The translations under genes and the position numbers were made by a program. Positions 1-9,501 of a DNA stretch of 64,000 nt are shown here, piece by piece (the stretch's first letter is position 1; every line of letters begins with the position of its first letter). Under the pieces are notes generated by a model. It was not told the origin of the DNA, did not search any database, and saw nothing but the letters and a program-made list of their open reading frames with translations. This DNA comes from a virus: IMG/VR virus record IMGVR_UViG_3300030339_000006; one strand, written 5' to 3'.

Positions 1-1874
1 GTGTCGGTAACGTTGTGCGTATCAATGCCGACGGCTCGTTGACCAGCATCTGGGATCTGAAGAGTCTGAACTATCCGTACAACGAAGTCGCTGCCAAGCT
101 GGCGGAAATCGTTAAGGCCGGCGTAGTGGTTTCACCGTTCCGTATCGACGAGAAGAAGCTGGGCTACGTGGCCACGGTAGAAACCTCGAAGATTGATGGC
201 TCTACGATTACCTGGAACCACTTCAATGCGGTTATCGCCGATCGTCACTTTACTAAGAGTGAAGGCCAGGTGGTGGGTGATCTGACGACGACCGTTGCGG
301 TCTTCCGTCGTGGTCTGGAGAGCATTACCCGTGACGCTATCGTGACGATGCTCGACTTGATCGACAACGATAACCTGTACCGTGGTGCGGAATACCGTAA
401 AGCAGTAGCCGCCTTCGTGGAAGCTCAAGCAGCGTTCGCCAAGTTGCCGGATGAACAGGCTCGTAGCGTTTACCTGTGGAATAACGTGAATGAACCGTTC
501 GCTCGTTTCCGTAACACTGCAATCGGTACGCTGGCCGTTGACCTGTCTGAGGGTAAAGACCTCGACGCGTCGGTCCGTGCTTTCGAGAAGAAAGTGGCAC
601 CGGAAAACTACAAGCGTCCTACCGCGGTCATCACGCAGGGTATGGTGAAGGAAGCCATGAAGACTATCCAGGATCTGGGCCTCGAGCCGGCACTGGAACG
701 TCGTCACGCGAAGTTCTCTGACGTGTCGGTCAATAACGTCCTGTGGGTCAATAACGCAGCGGCGGCGAAGATGAAGGGCGGAATCGAAAGCTTACTGGCT
801 GCCGAAGTGACCCGTCGTCCGAGCACTGACAAAGCGGAAGACATTTCGATCGAAGACTTCATGTCCCAGATCGTGCCGAAAGCCCGCACCATTGAGGCTT
901 TAGTGAAGAATGCTCTGCAGAAGAACTTCATGAGCCTGACCGCACCGGTCCATGATGACGTGGCTCCACTGTTCAAGTGGGACAACAACTTCGCGTGGTC
1001 CTACAACGGTAACATCGCTGACTCATCAATGCGTGCTGCCGTTCAGGCACGTGGTGGTTCCGTTACCGGCGTCTTCCGCTTCACCCACCAGTGGAACCAC
1101 GCAGAGCGTAATGCGTCATTGATGGACCTGCACGTGTTCTTCCCGAACCACAATGGCCACGAAGACGGTATCCATAACACCTACGGTAATAGCAACCGTG
1201 TGGGCTGGAATAACCGCACCGACAGTGCAACCGGTGGTGTGCAGGACGTCGATTACACTACTGCGGCTCCAGTGGGTTACGTGCCAGTTGAGAACATCAC
1301 GTTCCCAAGCCTGTCCCGTATGCCTGACGGGGATTACACCTGTAAGATCCACAACTGGAACCTGCGTTCACCGACCGAAGGTGGCTTCCGTGCCGAGATT
1401 GAGTTCTCCGGTCAGATCTTCGAGTACGAACTCACCCGTCCTCTGAAGAACCACGAGTGGGTTACCGTTGCCGTCGTGACCAAGCGTGGCTCGGAGTTCT
1501 CTATCCGTCACGTACTGCCATGCGGCTCGGCTCAGCAGGATGTCTACGGCGTTAAGACCGAGACCTTCGTGCCGGTCGAAACGGTGATTCAATCGCCGAA
1601 CTTCTGGGACGATAAAGCGATCGGTAACAAACACTGGTTCTTCATCCTGGAAGGCTGTCGCACTGAAGAGAACGTCCGTGGAATTTATAACGAATTCCTG
1701 CGTGGCGATCTGACCAAGCACGGCAAAGTGTTCGAACTCCTGGGTAACAAAACGAAGTGCGAGCCGGCAGCAGAACAGATGTCTGGCCTGGGCTTCAGTT
1801 CTACCCAACGCGAAACCCTTACCGTCCGTGTCGTCGGTGAGAAAATCAACAAAACCTATAACGTTAAATTCTAA
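1..1874 (+). CDS. Large conserved phage protein (5'-truncated) with YfaP/DUF2135-like C-terminal motifs
   Basis: Frame is open to the window edge; motifs MDLHV...DVDY...VENITF; phage-like codon usage. Confidence 0.7.
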   Translation, partial: VGNVVRINADGSLTSIWDLKSLNYPYNEVAAKLAEIVKAGVVVSPFRIDEKKLGYVATVETSKIDGSTITWNHFNAVIADRHFTKSEGQVVGDLTTTVAVFRRGLESITRDAIVTMLDLIDNDNLYRGAEYRKAVAAFVEAQAAFAKLPDEQARSVYLWNNVNEPFARFRNTAIGTLAVDLSEGKDLDASVRAFEKKVAPENYKRPTAVITQGMVKEAMKTIQDLGLEPALERRHAKFSDVSVNNVLWVNNAAAAKMKGGIESLLAAEVTRRPSTDKAEDISIEDFMSQIVPKARTIEALVKNALQKNFMSLTAPVHDDVAPLFKWDNNFAWSYNGNIADSSMRAAVQARGGSVTGVFRFTHQWNHAERNASLMDLHVFFPNHNGHEDGIHNTYGNSNRVGWNNRTDSATGGVQDVDYTTAAPVGYVPVENITFPSLSRMPDGDYTCKIHNWNLRSPTEGGFRAEIEFSGQIFEYELTRPLKNHEWVTVAVVTKRGSEFSIRHVLPCGSAQQDVYGVKTETFVPVETVIQSPNFWDDKAIGNKHWFFILEGCRTEENVRGIYNEFLRGDLTKHGKVFELLGNKTKCEPAAEQMSGLGFSSTQRETLTVRVVGEKINKTYNVKF

Positions 1875-1883
1875 GGAACTGTC

Positions 1884-2285
1884 ATGAACTTATTCGAAAT
1901 CGCAACACGCAACAAATTCCGCTTCGCCTCTGTAAAGGGTGAACTGAACGTAGAACAGCTGTGGGAACTGAAGCTGACCGAACGTAATTCCTTCGATCTG
2001 GACAACGTGGCCCGTGCCGTTGCGGATGAGCTGAAGGCGATCACCGAAACCAGCTTCGTGAAAACCAACCAGAACCCTAAACAGGCGATTCTGGAAGCCA
2101 AGCTGGAATTGGTCAAGTATATCATCCAGGTGAAACAGGAAGAGATTGCCGCGGCAACTCAACGTGCACATCGTACGGAAGAAGCCCGTAAGCTGCGTGA
2201 ACTGCTGGCCAATAAGAAAGACGCAGCTCTGCAGGAATTGACCACTGAAGAGATCCAAGCCCGCCTGAAAGAACTGGGCGAGTAA
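1884..2285 (+). CDS. Conserved phage coiled-coil protein
   Basis: AAGGA RBS; MNLFEIATRNKFRF start; followed by UUCG hairpin. Confidence 0.8.
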   Translation: MNLFEIATRNKFRFASVKGELNVEQLWELKLTERNSFDLDNVARAVADELKAITETSFVKTNQNPKQAILEAKLELVKYIIQVKQEEIAAATQRAHRTEEARKLRELLANKKDAALQELTTEEIQARLKELGE

Positions 2286-2292
2286 TCCTACC

Positions 2293-2314
2293 GGCCGTAC
2301 CTTCGGGTGCGGCC
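2293..2314 (+). terminator. Rho-independent terminator (UUCG hairpin)
   Basis: ggccgtacc-ttcg-ggtgcggcc followed by pyrimidine-rich tract. Confidence 0.7.
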
Positions 2315-2344
2315 CTTTCCCCCTGCTTTATTTTTGGTGAAGAC

Positions 2345-2677
2345 ATGAAAATTCAAATCACACACGTGGGCGGCTGGAACAACGGTGGCTTCCAATACAA
2401 CGGCCAGTACTACAACGATTTCATCAAGGCACACGGCCGTAGCCCTACTCCCGTGATGGGAACCCTCTTGATGATCACTCTGGACGGCGTCGAAGATACT
2501 GCTGTCGTAACCGGCGAGCGTACGATCCACGGGTCTGACAGCGATCACGGCCATGAATACTCGTGGACGTTCACCGATTACGAATTCTTCCTCGACGGTG
2601 ACCGCCTGAAGCGTAAAGAGAAGATCCAGCGTCTCTTAGATCTCGGTGCAGAAATCACTTACGTGGTACGCGGATGA
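2345..2677 (+). CDS. Hypothetical protein
   Basis: 110-aa ORF in the + strand gene chain. Confidence 0.7.
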   Translation: MKIQITHVGGWNNGGFQYNGQYYNDFIKAHGRSPTPVMGTLLMITLDGVEDTAVVTGERTIHGSDSDHGHEYSWTFTDYEFFLDGDRLKRKEKIQRLLDLGAEITYVVRG

Positions 2678-2808
2678 AAATCAAACAGCTTATGGCCTGG
2701 GATGACGGTATAATTAACTGCTCCCGCTGCCGATCACCAAATGACGTCACGTGGACCCGCTGCTGCCAGTGCGGGGCAGAACCTCTCGAGGATATCCTAA
2801 ACCCATGA
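2674..2808 (+). CDS. Small Cys-rich (zinc-ribbon-like) protein
   Basis: Manually translated MKIKQLMAWDDGIINCSRCRSPNDVTWTRCCQCG...; ATGA overlaps on both sides. Confidence 0.55.
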   Translation: MKIKQLMAWDDGIINCSRCRSPNDVTWTRCCQCGAEPLEDILNP

Positions 2809-3074
2809 CACTACAGGAACTGCTGGACCCCACAGGTCCGGCCCTTCAGCAATATCTGTCGGTACAAACGGCCGAGCACTTCATCGCTCTCATCGTGGGT
2901 ATTCTCATGGTCGTTCCATTCTTCTTCGTCAAGAAGGACTGGCCGGAGTTGGCAATTGGGCTGGCCCTTGCAGGGCTTGGCCTCGGTATACTTCTCATCG
3001 GCATCAGTGCCTTTAACCTCTTTCAAATCCACTATAACCCACTCGGCTGGGCCATCTCGGAGCTTACCTCATGA
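2805..3074 (+). CDS. Two-TM membrane protein (paralogue family 1)
   Basis: Two hydrophobic segments, C-terminal P-x-x-W motif. Confidence 0.7.
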   Translation: MTLQELLDPTGPALQQYLSVQTAEHFIALIVGILMVVPFFFVKKDWPELAIGLALAGLGLGILLIGISAFNLFQIHYNPLGWAISELTS

Positions 3075-3445
3075 ATGAACAACTGCAACAGGCATTGCTA
3101 GAATTTATCCAGAAAGCCAACCACGGAGTTAACTTCGCCGTGGACCAACTCCCTGATGCCCTACGGGATACGATGTCATACGTGGCCACAGCCTCCCTGA
3201 TCTACGCGGTGGTGCTAACACTGCTCGCTATCACTCTGAGCATACTCTCCAAAAAGGTGTATCGGTTCGTTATAAAAAGGGACAACGATATGTTTGACGA
3301 TCTCGGCCTTTGGATAGTCTTCGGGGTATTGATGTCGGCTTCCATACTCTTGTCCCTCCCGATTGTCGGTCAGATAGTAGATTGGATCCACGTGGTTTTC
3401 TATCCTAAAGCCTGGATCCTCGAGTACGTCAGGAGTTTCCGATGA
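3071..3445 (+). CDS. Two-TM membrane protein (paralogue family 1)
   Basis: MNEQLQQAL start, two TM segments, PKAW motif. Confidence 0.75.
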   Translation: MNEQLQQALLEFIQKANHGVNFAVDQLPDALRDTMSYVATASLIYAVVLTLLAITLSILSKKVYRFVIKRDNDMFDDLGLWIVFGVLMSASILLSLPIVGQIVDWIHVVFYPKAWILEYVRSFR

Positions 3446-3828
3446 ACGAACAGCTACAGAAGGCCTTGACAGAGCTGCTCAATAAGGTCACAACCAGTTT
3501 GGAGGATCTCTCGGGTAAGCTGCCGGAGCTCGTTAACCAGCTGATCGGCTACCACATCGTGAAGGAGTGGATCTACACAGGCCTGCTCTTGGCACTGTTC
3601 TCGGTGTTTGTGTTCCTGTCGGTTTGGTCGTTCAGAGTGCTTCAGAGATTTGAGCGAAGCGTAAAAACCCGGGATGATGAGGAAGCCCCCGGGTTCGTCC
3701 TCTTCGTTATGATATTCTTCTCTGTCGTAATCTTCATCATCATGGCATTCCAGATCGTCGAACTCGTCAAACTGTATTGCTTCCCGATGGTCTGGGTTCT
3801 TGATTACTTAAAAGAGGCTGTAAAATGA
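3442..3828 (+). CDS. Two-TM membrane protein (paralogue family 1)
   Basis: MNEQLQKAL start, two TM segments, PMVW motif. Confidence 0.75.
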   Translation: MNEQLQKALTELLNKVTTSLEDLSGKLPELVNQLIGYHIVKEWIYTGLLLALFSVFVFLSVWSFRVLQRFERSVKTRDDEEAPGFVLFVMIFFSVVIFIIMAFQIVELVKLYCFPMVWVLDYLKEAVK

Positions 3829-4295
3829 TTCTCCTCCATGAAACGGACGACAAGAATGTCCTGGCTGCTGCAGCCGACCTGTCTACCCGTTCCGCAACAG
3901 AACGCCTGCGGGCGTCTCTGTCCGTCATTACCTGTCCGACCGGCCGCGTGGTGGTCACCCACCGTGCCAAAGATGGCCAACTCGGACTGCCCTGTGGTAA
4001 GCACGACGCCGGCGAAGACTCGCTGGAAACGGCCTACCGTGAACTGGAAGAAGAGACCGGGATTGGTAAAGGCTCTCTGCTCAACGGTCTGACCTTCGTT
4101 CAAGATATCAACTTCGAAGGCTGCATCATCTCCGTCTTCTTTGGGGAGACTGAAAAGGAAATTCCCGTCGGGCCGAGCAAAGGCTTCGAAGTGGAAGGTC
4201 CTGCCGCCTGGATGACGCCGAAGGAAATCATCTCGACTACTTCTCGCTTCCAGAACTTCAACATCGTCAGCTTATTCAACACGGGAGTACTATGA
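3825..4295 (+). CDS. NUDIX hydrolase
   Basis: Nudix box GKHDAGEDSLETAYRELEEETG. Confidence 0.9.
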   Translation: MILLHETDDKNVLAAAADLSTRSATERLRASLSVITCPTGRVVVTHRAKDGQLGLPCGKHDAGEDSLETAYRELEEETGIGKGSLLNGLTFVQDINFEGCIISVFFGETEKEIPVGPSKGFEVEGPAAWMTPKEIISTTSRFQNFNIVSLFNTGVL

Positions 4296-4687
4296 AGGTT
4301 AATATTCTGGATCCGATCACCAGCGATCGCTATAAGGATTGCTTCGTGGCATCTTGTCAGTTTCACTGGCAGGATGTTTTACCTGAATACCGCACGATCA
4401 GGATAGAATCAGAGGCAGACGTCCTGGACTTCATGAAACTCTGGAATGCCTGTGAAAACAAGCCGGCACCAGTCGGTGGGTACCTCTCCCTGAAAGAGTG
4501 CACGGATATGATCCAGACGGGGTACTGGAGTGATTTGGAAGACCTCTTCCCGTTCACTACTACTCCGAAATCCGGAGGTTGGGCTACACCGACCAGCGTG
4601 GAATTCGTCTACTATAACGAGCTCGGTCAAGCCTTCAAAGTGGAGATCGAACGTGATCAAGACACCGATACCAACAAAGTACTCTGA
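4292..4687 (+). CDS. Hypothetical protein (paralogue family 2)
   Basis: C-terminal YYNELGQAFKVEIE motif shared with neighbours. Confidence 0.7.
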   Translation: MKVNILDPITSDRYKDCFVASCQFHWQDVLPEYRTIRIESEADVLDFMKLWNACENKPAPVGGYLSLKECTDMIQTGYWSDLEDLFPFTTTPKSGGWATPTSVEFVYYNELGQAFKVEIERDQDTDTNKVL

Positions 4688-4970
4688 TTGCTACACCCTG
4701 TCCGGCGCTTCCTTTGACACGATCAGGATCTCGGAGGAAGAAGCCCGCGGTATCATCGCGATGAAGGAGGCGGTGAAGCCTCTCATGAAGGGTACTATCG
4801 CCATCCACGCCCCGCAGATTTACTTCAAGCGGGCGTTCCTCTATCTCTCGGACATCACCGTTCACTGGTATAACGACCTCGGAGTCAAACATGACGTTTC
4901 ATACAAAGATGAAGTCGGAAGCCGTCTTCGCGATGAAAAGGCAACTCGCGGAAGCGGAACGGACTCTTAA
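4653..4970 (+). CDS. Hypothetical protein (paralogue family 2)
   Basis: GTG start after GGAG; WYNDLGVKHDV motif. Confidence 0.6.
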   Translation: MIKTPIPTKYSDCYTLSGASFDTIRISEEEARGIIAMKEAVKPLMKGTIAIHAPQIYFKRAFLYLSDITVHWYNDLGVKHDVSYKDEVGSRLRDEKATRGSGTDS

Positions 4971-5082
4971 CCTTATCACGTCCACCGCCAGAGCCCGTGG
5001 ATATACCCTTGATCTCAGCATTTCAGACAACGGCGAGGTTAAGGTCGCCGCCTCTGTCCCTTTGAATCTCCTGGAGGAGTAA
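4891..5082 (+). CDS. Hypothetical protein
   Basis: GGAG RBS; TAATG coupling to next gene. Confidence 0.55.
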   Translation: MTFHTKMKSEAVFAMKRQLAEAERTLNLITSTARARGYTLDLSISDNGEVKVAASVPLNLLEE

Positions 5083-6017
5083 TGGTCCAACTTAATCGCT
5101 GGAAAGAGTACGAAGTGATTACCGGGGAGAACCCGGACGTCTTCAAGTTCATCTTCAAGAATGACGACGCGATCGCCGAAACGGTACTCTATAAATACCC
5201 GACCTTCGAGAAGCGTACAGTGATGTGCATCTCGACACAGACCGGCTGCCCGATGGGCTGTTCTTTCTGTGGCACCGGTAAGTTCTTCGGTCGCAACCTG
5301 CACCACGAAGAGATTGTCGAGCAGGTTGACGTCATGATCGATCACTTCGGCCTGGACCTGAATGCCTCCGAGCGGACGCAGATCATGTTCATGTCAATGG
5401 GTGAACCGCTGCTGAATTTCTACGAGCTGGAGATCGCAATCCGAATCTTCCATCGTGACTTTCCGAAGACCGCTCTGCTGGTCTCTTCCTCCGGCCCATA
5501 CACCAAGGCCTGGGAAGATTTCATGACGCTGGCCAGCGAGGTCCCGACGATCGGCCTGCAGTTCTCCGTCCACGAGAGCACGAACGGTGCCCGCGACCGC
5601 TTGATCCCGATGAAGGCGAAGATGTGCCTCCAGCAGATTGCCTTCACCGGCTGGGAGTTCATGCAGACGACCCGTCGTAAACCGTTCTTCAATTACTGCG
5701 TCCACGCGGAGAACGCCACGGACGAGGATGTTGAGCGTCTGTTCGAGCTCTTCCACCCGAATGTTTGGGAAGCCACTCTCTCGGTCATCTGTACGCCGGA
5801 CGAGTCGGCCGAAGCCGTTAAGCACAACCTGGACTTGATCAACGAGTTCTCCGGCAAGTTAGTGGCGAAGGGTTACAACACCCGCGTCTTTAACCCAGCC
5901 GGCCAGGACGATATCGGCGGCGGTTGTGGTCAACTCTGGCAGGTCCAAGCCTTCGCGGCGGAGCATCCTGAAATGCTGCGTCAATCTCCGGGTGACAAAA
6001 TGAGGGAGCGAGCATGA
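5082..6017 (+). CDS. rlmN: RlmN/Cfr-family radical SAM RNA methyltransferase
   Basis: CISTQTGCPMGCSFC (CxxxCxxC plus resolving Cys), MSMGEP, SVH, C-terminal GGCGQL. Confidence 0.85.
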   Translation: MVQLNRWKEYEVITGENPDVFKFIFKNDDAIAETVLYKYPTFEKRTVMCISTQTGCPMGCSFCGTGKFFGRNLHHEEIVEQVDVMIDHFGLDLNASERTQIMFMSMGEPLLNFYELEIAIRIFHRDFPKTALLVSSSGPYTKAWEDFMTLASEVPTIGLQFSVHESTNGARDRLIPMKAKMCLQQIAFTGWEFMQTTRRKPFFNYCVHAENATDEDVERLFELFHPNVWEATLSVICTPDESAEAVKHNLDLINEFSGKLVAKGYNTRVFNPAGQDDIGGGCGQLWQVQAFAAEHPEMLRQSPGDKMRERA

Positions 6018-6454
6018 TCGTTCAAGATCCCTACGGTAACGCTTTGATCTGCATCATCGTTATCCCTTTCGCATTCTTCGTCGGTTCCGCTTTGCTCCTG
6101 TTTGTGTCATTACTCCTGAGAAGTCTTTGGGCATGGATGGACGACAGTGAGCCTTGCAAATGCCCTCTCCTCCGGGCGTGTGCAGCGGCTTGCGGCTGGA
6201 AGTACATCTGGGATGATTATTTCGAGGAACGCCGCTGGAAGAAAGGTTCGAGAACGGTGAATCAGGAGGAGTTCATCGGCAGTTACTTCGGTGTTTGTAC
6301 GCTGCTGGGGCTGCTAATCGGTATTTACCTGCTGTCTGCCGGTGTGGCTCTGGGAGTTATCCTGGCGATCGCACTGGCCCACCTGACTCGCTTCACCCGC
6401 CGTCTGTCCAAAGCGTACAACAAACACGTAGAGGATAAGAATGCTCATCGATGA
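6014..6454 (+). CDS. Membrane protein
   Basis: Hydrophobic segments; ATGA overlap. Confidence 0.7.
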   Translation: MIVQDPYGNALICIIVIPFAFFVGSALLLFVSLLLRSLWAWMDDSEPCKCPLLRACAAACGWKYIWDDYFEERRWKKGSRTVNQEEFIGSYFGVCTLLGLLIGIYLLSAGVALGVILAIALAHLTRFTRRLSKAYNKHVEDKNAHR

Positions 6455-6821
6455 ACTGTTGGCAAAATGGCTCGAACCCTGCCAGACTATCCTCGATGCA
6501 ATCGACCCTGATAAGCCGGAGACCACTCGGGAGGAGTTCGCCGAGGTTAGGCGTCACTGGAGAGAGTTGGGTGACCCACGAACTATCTTCGGTATCCTGG
6601 CCGCCGCCGCGGACTCTTCCCGGGTTCGTCGTAATCTGGAGGATGAACTCCGTGTTCTCGAGACCCGACTGAAGAACTCCGAGGAAGCCCGTGAGCGTCT
6701 GGAGGACGTGCGAGATGGGAACGTTTGGTACTGGCAGGGAGCAGAAAATCACTTGGAGAGCTTGTCCCTTGACGTCGTCATCAAGCCTTCTGAACTTTTG
6801 GAACTTTTGAGGAAATCATGA
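6441..6821 (+). CDS. Hypothetical protein
   Basis: GAGG RBS; in gene chain. Confidence 0.7.
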   Translation: MLIDELLAKWLEPCQTILDAIDPDKPETTREEFAEVRRHWRELGDPRTIFGILAAAADSSRVRRNLEDELRVLETRLKNSEEARERLEDVRDGNVWYWQGAENHLESLSLDVVIKPSELLELLRKS

Positions 6822-7150
6822 ATAAAGTCTACCCCACTAATGCCGGCGTCTGCCCGGTAAGTACCTTCAGCATTGACCGCTCCGCACTGAAACTGGGCTA
6901 CCGTGAAGTCTTCATCGGTACCGTGCTCTACGAGAATGGCCGGAAGGCTGAAGTCCTCATTCAGGAAGAGGACCTGCTGCTCGCCTTCAATTACTTCCTG
7001 GCTTGTTCGCAGGTTACCTGTAACCTCTACCGCACTCTGGATGGCGGGGATAAGTATATCTCCTTCGTGGATCGCGGTCAGCAGTTCGAAGGGTTCTATA
7101 TCCGTTACTATGATGAGAATGGCATGCCGTTCCGGGTGGATTTCGAATGA
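6818..7150 (+). CDS. Hypothetical protein (paralogue family 2)
   Basis: YYDENGMPFRVDFE C-terminus. Confidence 0.7.
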   Translation: MNKVYPTNAGVCPVSTFSIDRSALKLGYREVFIGTVLYENGRKAEVLIQEEDLLLAFNYFLACSQVTCNLYRTLDGGDKYISFVDRGQQFEGFYIRYYDENGMPFRVDFE

Positions 7151-7479
7151 CCTACACCAGAGCGGTAGTCGGTGAGTACGTTAAGCCGAAACACGTCAAC
7201 TGTTTCGTCGCAGACGTCTCTTGGACGGAGAACGACGGGGACCACGAGCAGAAGCACACGTACCCGTGGGACGAAGCAGATATCGTTCCTTTCGCCAACT
7301 TCTGGGAACTGGCCGGGGATACCGATGGGCCTGACGATATCCTGAAGTTGGAGGAGTGGGAACGTTGGGCTGACCTGTGGCCGAATCAGTACGAAAGTTC
7401 CACTCCCTGCTCTCCGGAATCTCTGCAGTTCTTCTGGTGTGATCACGTAGGTAATCGCAAAGAGGTGCTGCTAGGATGA
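7147..7479 (+). CDS. Hypothetical protein (paralogue family 2)
   Basis: WCDHVGNRKEV C-terminus. Confidence 0.65.
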   Translation: MTYTRAVVGEYVKPKHVNCFVADVSWTENDGDHEQKHTYPWDEADIVPFANFWELAGDTDGPDDILKLEEWERWADLWPNQYESSTPCSPESLQFFWCDHVGNRKEVLLG

Positions 7480-7802
7480 TTCGCCGGGCAACGATATCGC
7501 GGTCACCGAAGTATCCTGCCCGCTACACCTCTCGCTATGTCCTTCGGGTACATATCGGGATGGTTGAAGTCTTGGAGTTTGAAACAGAGGTAACAGCAAG
7601 GCTTTTTGAGATCGCTGAAACAATCGACCAGATGGTGGACCTTACCCCAGAAGAATATTCTGAGGTTTTCGGGTTCGCTTCCCTAAAATGGCCGATCAGC
7701 GACTGGACCGGACTGCCGGAGATGATCTGGAAGACTCAGAATTGCTGGTCAGCTTCGTGGTTTGACGCAAGTGGCGTAGAATATGAGGTAAACTTTGAAT
7801 GA
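7476..7802 (+). CDS. Hypothetical protein (paralogue family 2)
   Basis: WFDASGVEYEVNFE C-terminus. Confidence 0.7.
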   Translation: MIRRATISRSPKYPARYTSRYVLRVHIGMVEVLEFETEVTARLFEIAETIDQMVDLTPEEYSEVFGFASLKWPISDWTGLPEMIWKTQNCWSASWFDASGVEYEVNFE

Positions 7803-8143
7803 GTGATTTTAATGACATTTTCGTAGACGATCTGATCGGTGCCATCAGTAAGGCCTTGATTTCAGAATCATCTGACGCTTCCGCGGTGTATTTAATACCT
7901 AAAACATTAAAGACATCTGTGACAATGGAACTTCAGTTGTGTGGATTTCAGACCACCGAAGGCTATCACGCCGTTCTGAGTAACTACCTGGGGATTTCCT
8001 TCGCGGAAATCACTGCGTGTTACCAGGAATGGTACATCGCCCACGTGGCCGCCCGGCCGTTTGACTTCGGGGTTCAGTTAGCACTGAGTAACGGACGACC
8101 GACCGGAGATATCCGTTTGGACTTCTGCATTAAGGATCACTAA
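7799..8143 (+). CDS. Hypothetical protein
   Basis: ATGA overlap; followed by UUCG hairpin. Confidence 0.7.
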   Translation: MSDFNDIFVDDLIGAISKALISESSDASAVYLIPKTLKTSVTMELQLCGFQTTEGYHAVLSNYLGISFAEITACYQEWYIAHVAARPFDFGVQLALSNGRPTGDIRLDFCIKDH

Positions 8144-8200
8144 ATAGGTGCCACCTTCGGGTGGCCCTGCTATAATACCTCAAACTATAGGAGATACGCC

Positions 8201-8803
8201 ATGTATGCTAGCAACATTACCAGGGCGGCACGCCGCTTGGAAACGTTCGGGCTTACGTCAAAACGCTTTTCGCTCTACTTTTTAGCCACGTCAGTGATTA
8301 TGCTGATTATGGTCACGGTTCTCGTCCCCGGTTTTTCCCTGTTTCAGGTTCTGACCGGTTCATGCATGCTGATTCTCCCCGCAGCGGCGTACTTCTCGTC
8401 TACCGTCCTCGTGACGACCATGACCGGAGTCCGTTGGTGTAAGCTCAACCAGCCGCAGTTCGCAAAACGCTTTAACTTCAGCCTGAATGGCCCCTTCAAT
8501 GGAGTCCGATGGTTTGACCTCTTCTTGGCATTTCTCACCGGTTCTGCGGTGATGCTCGTTGACGTCTTTACGTTTGCCCACTTCGGGTACTACCCCCTAC
8601 TCTTGGTCGCTGCGATCATTCTCTGGCTCGTCGTTCTGTTCCGTCTGTACCGACGCTTTAAAGAATCCATCCAGGCACTCGAAGCCTTCTCGAAACGAGT
8701 GGCCTCACCGACTGATGAAATCATGTTGTCGTACGTCATGGAGGCTCGAAAGGGTAACGTGGAGATTTTGATCGATAAAAGGGACGCAATCGACTCCTTA
8801 TAA
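8201..8803 (+). CDS. Four-TM membrane protein
   Basis: TGcTATAAT extended -10 and AGGAG RBS upstream; four hydrophobic segments. Confidence 0.75.
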   Translation: MYASNITRAARRLETFGLTSKRFSLYFLATSVIMLIMVTVLVPGFSLFQVLTGSCMLILPAAAYFSSTVLVTTMTGVRWCKLNQPQFAKRFNFSLNGPFNGVRWFDLFLAFLTGSAVMLVDVFTFAHFGYYPLLLVAAIILWLVVLFRLYRRFKESIQALEAFSKRVASPTDEIMLSYVMEARKGNVEILIDKRDAIDSL

Positions 8804-8847
8804 CTTGCGATTTATTGGTATAAGTAACATGTAGAATAGGAGCACTT

Positions 8848-9501
8848 ATGCAAATCTCATGTTATTTAGGCAAGTTCGACGTGGTGGAGTATCGCCATCA
8901 CACCTCACAGATCAGGGAGAAAGCCGTCACGGTGGACTCCCTGGCCTCCTCTCTTAAGATCGCACTCAAGGATTTACCGCGTGGTGTTCAGTACGTTGAC
9001 GTTGGTACCGTGGGGATTTCTGTCCCTCTTTCCCAGCTGAATAACTTCCTGTACGCCTGTGACGCTCCCGAAGAAGCCCGTAGTCAACTCCTGCTGCTGT
9101 TGCACTCCCGTGCCAGCGAGCCGGGCTTCATGTCGTACGCTCACCTGCACATCCAAGATGCTCTGACGGCCCTCGATCTGTATTACTCCGAAACGGGGTA
9201 CGATCAAGAGTATCCGGTCGGCGAGGTCGAGGAAACACTCTACCTGATCTACGCAGAGTTCCTGAAGGTAGGTTCCTATGACCCTCTGCTGATGCGAGTA
9301 GATAAATCACCGATGACAGCAGCGGAAGCCTGGATGTTAACGATGCTCGAGACCACGACAGCAGACGTGATCTTCGACTTCATCCGCCAGGGTGCTGAAC
9401 CGTCATCAATCCTGACTTACATCACGGCCACGCTCAAAGAACGGCTCATGCACATCTCCCGGGCTATTCTTGACATGACCTCTGACTTCACCGCGATATG
9501 A
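8848..9501 (+). CDS. Hypothetical protein
   Basis: GGTATAAG motif and AGGAG RBS upstream. Confidence 0.75.
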   Translation: MQISCYLGKFDVVEYRHHTSQIREKAVTVDSLASSLKIALKDLPRGVQYVDVGTVGISVPLSQLNNFLYACDAPEEARSQLLLLLHSRASEPGFMSYAHLHIQDALTALDLYYSETGYDQEYPVGEVEETLYLIYAEFLKVGSYDPLLMRVDKSPMTAAEAWMLTMLETTTADVIFDFIRQGAEPSSILTYITATLKERLMHISRAILDMTSDFTAI

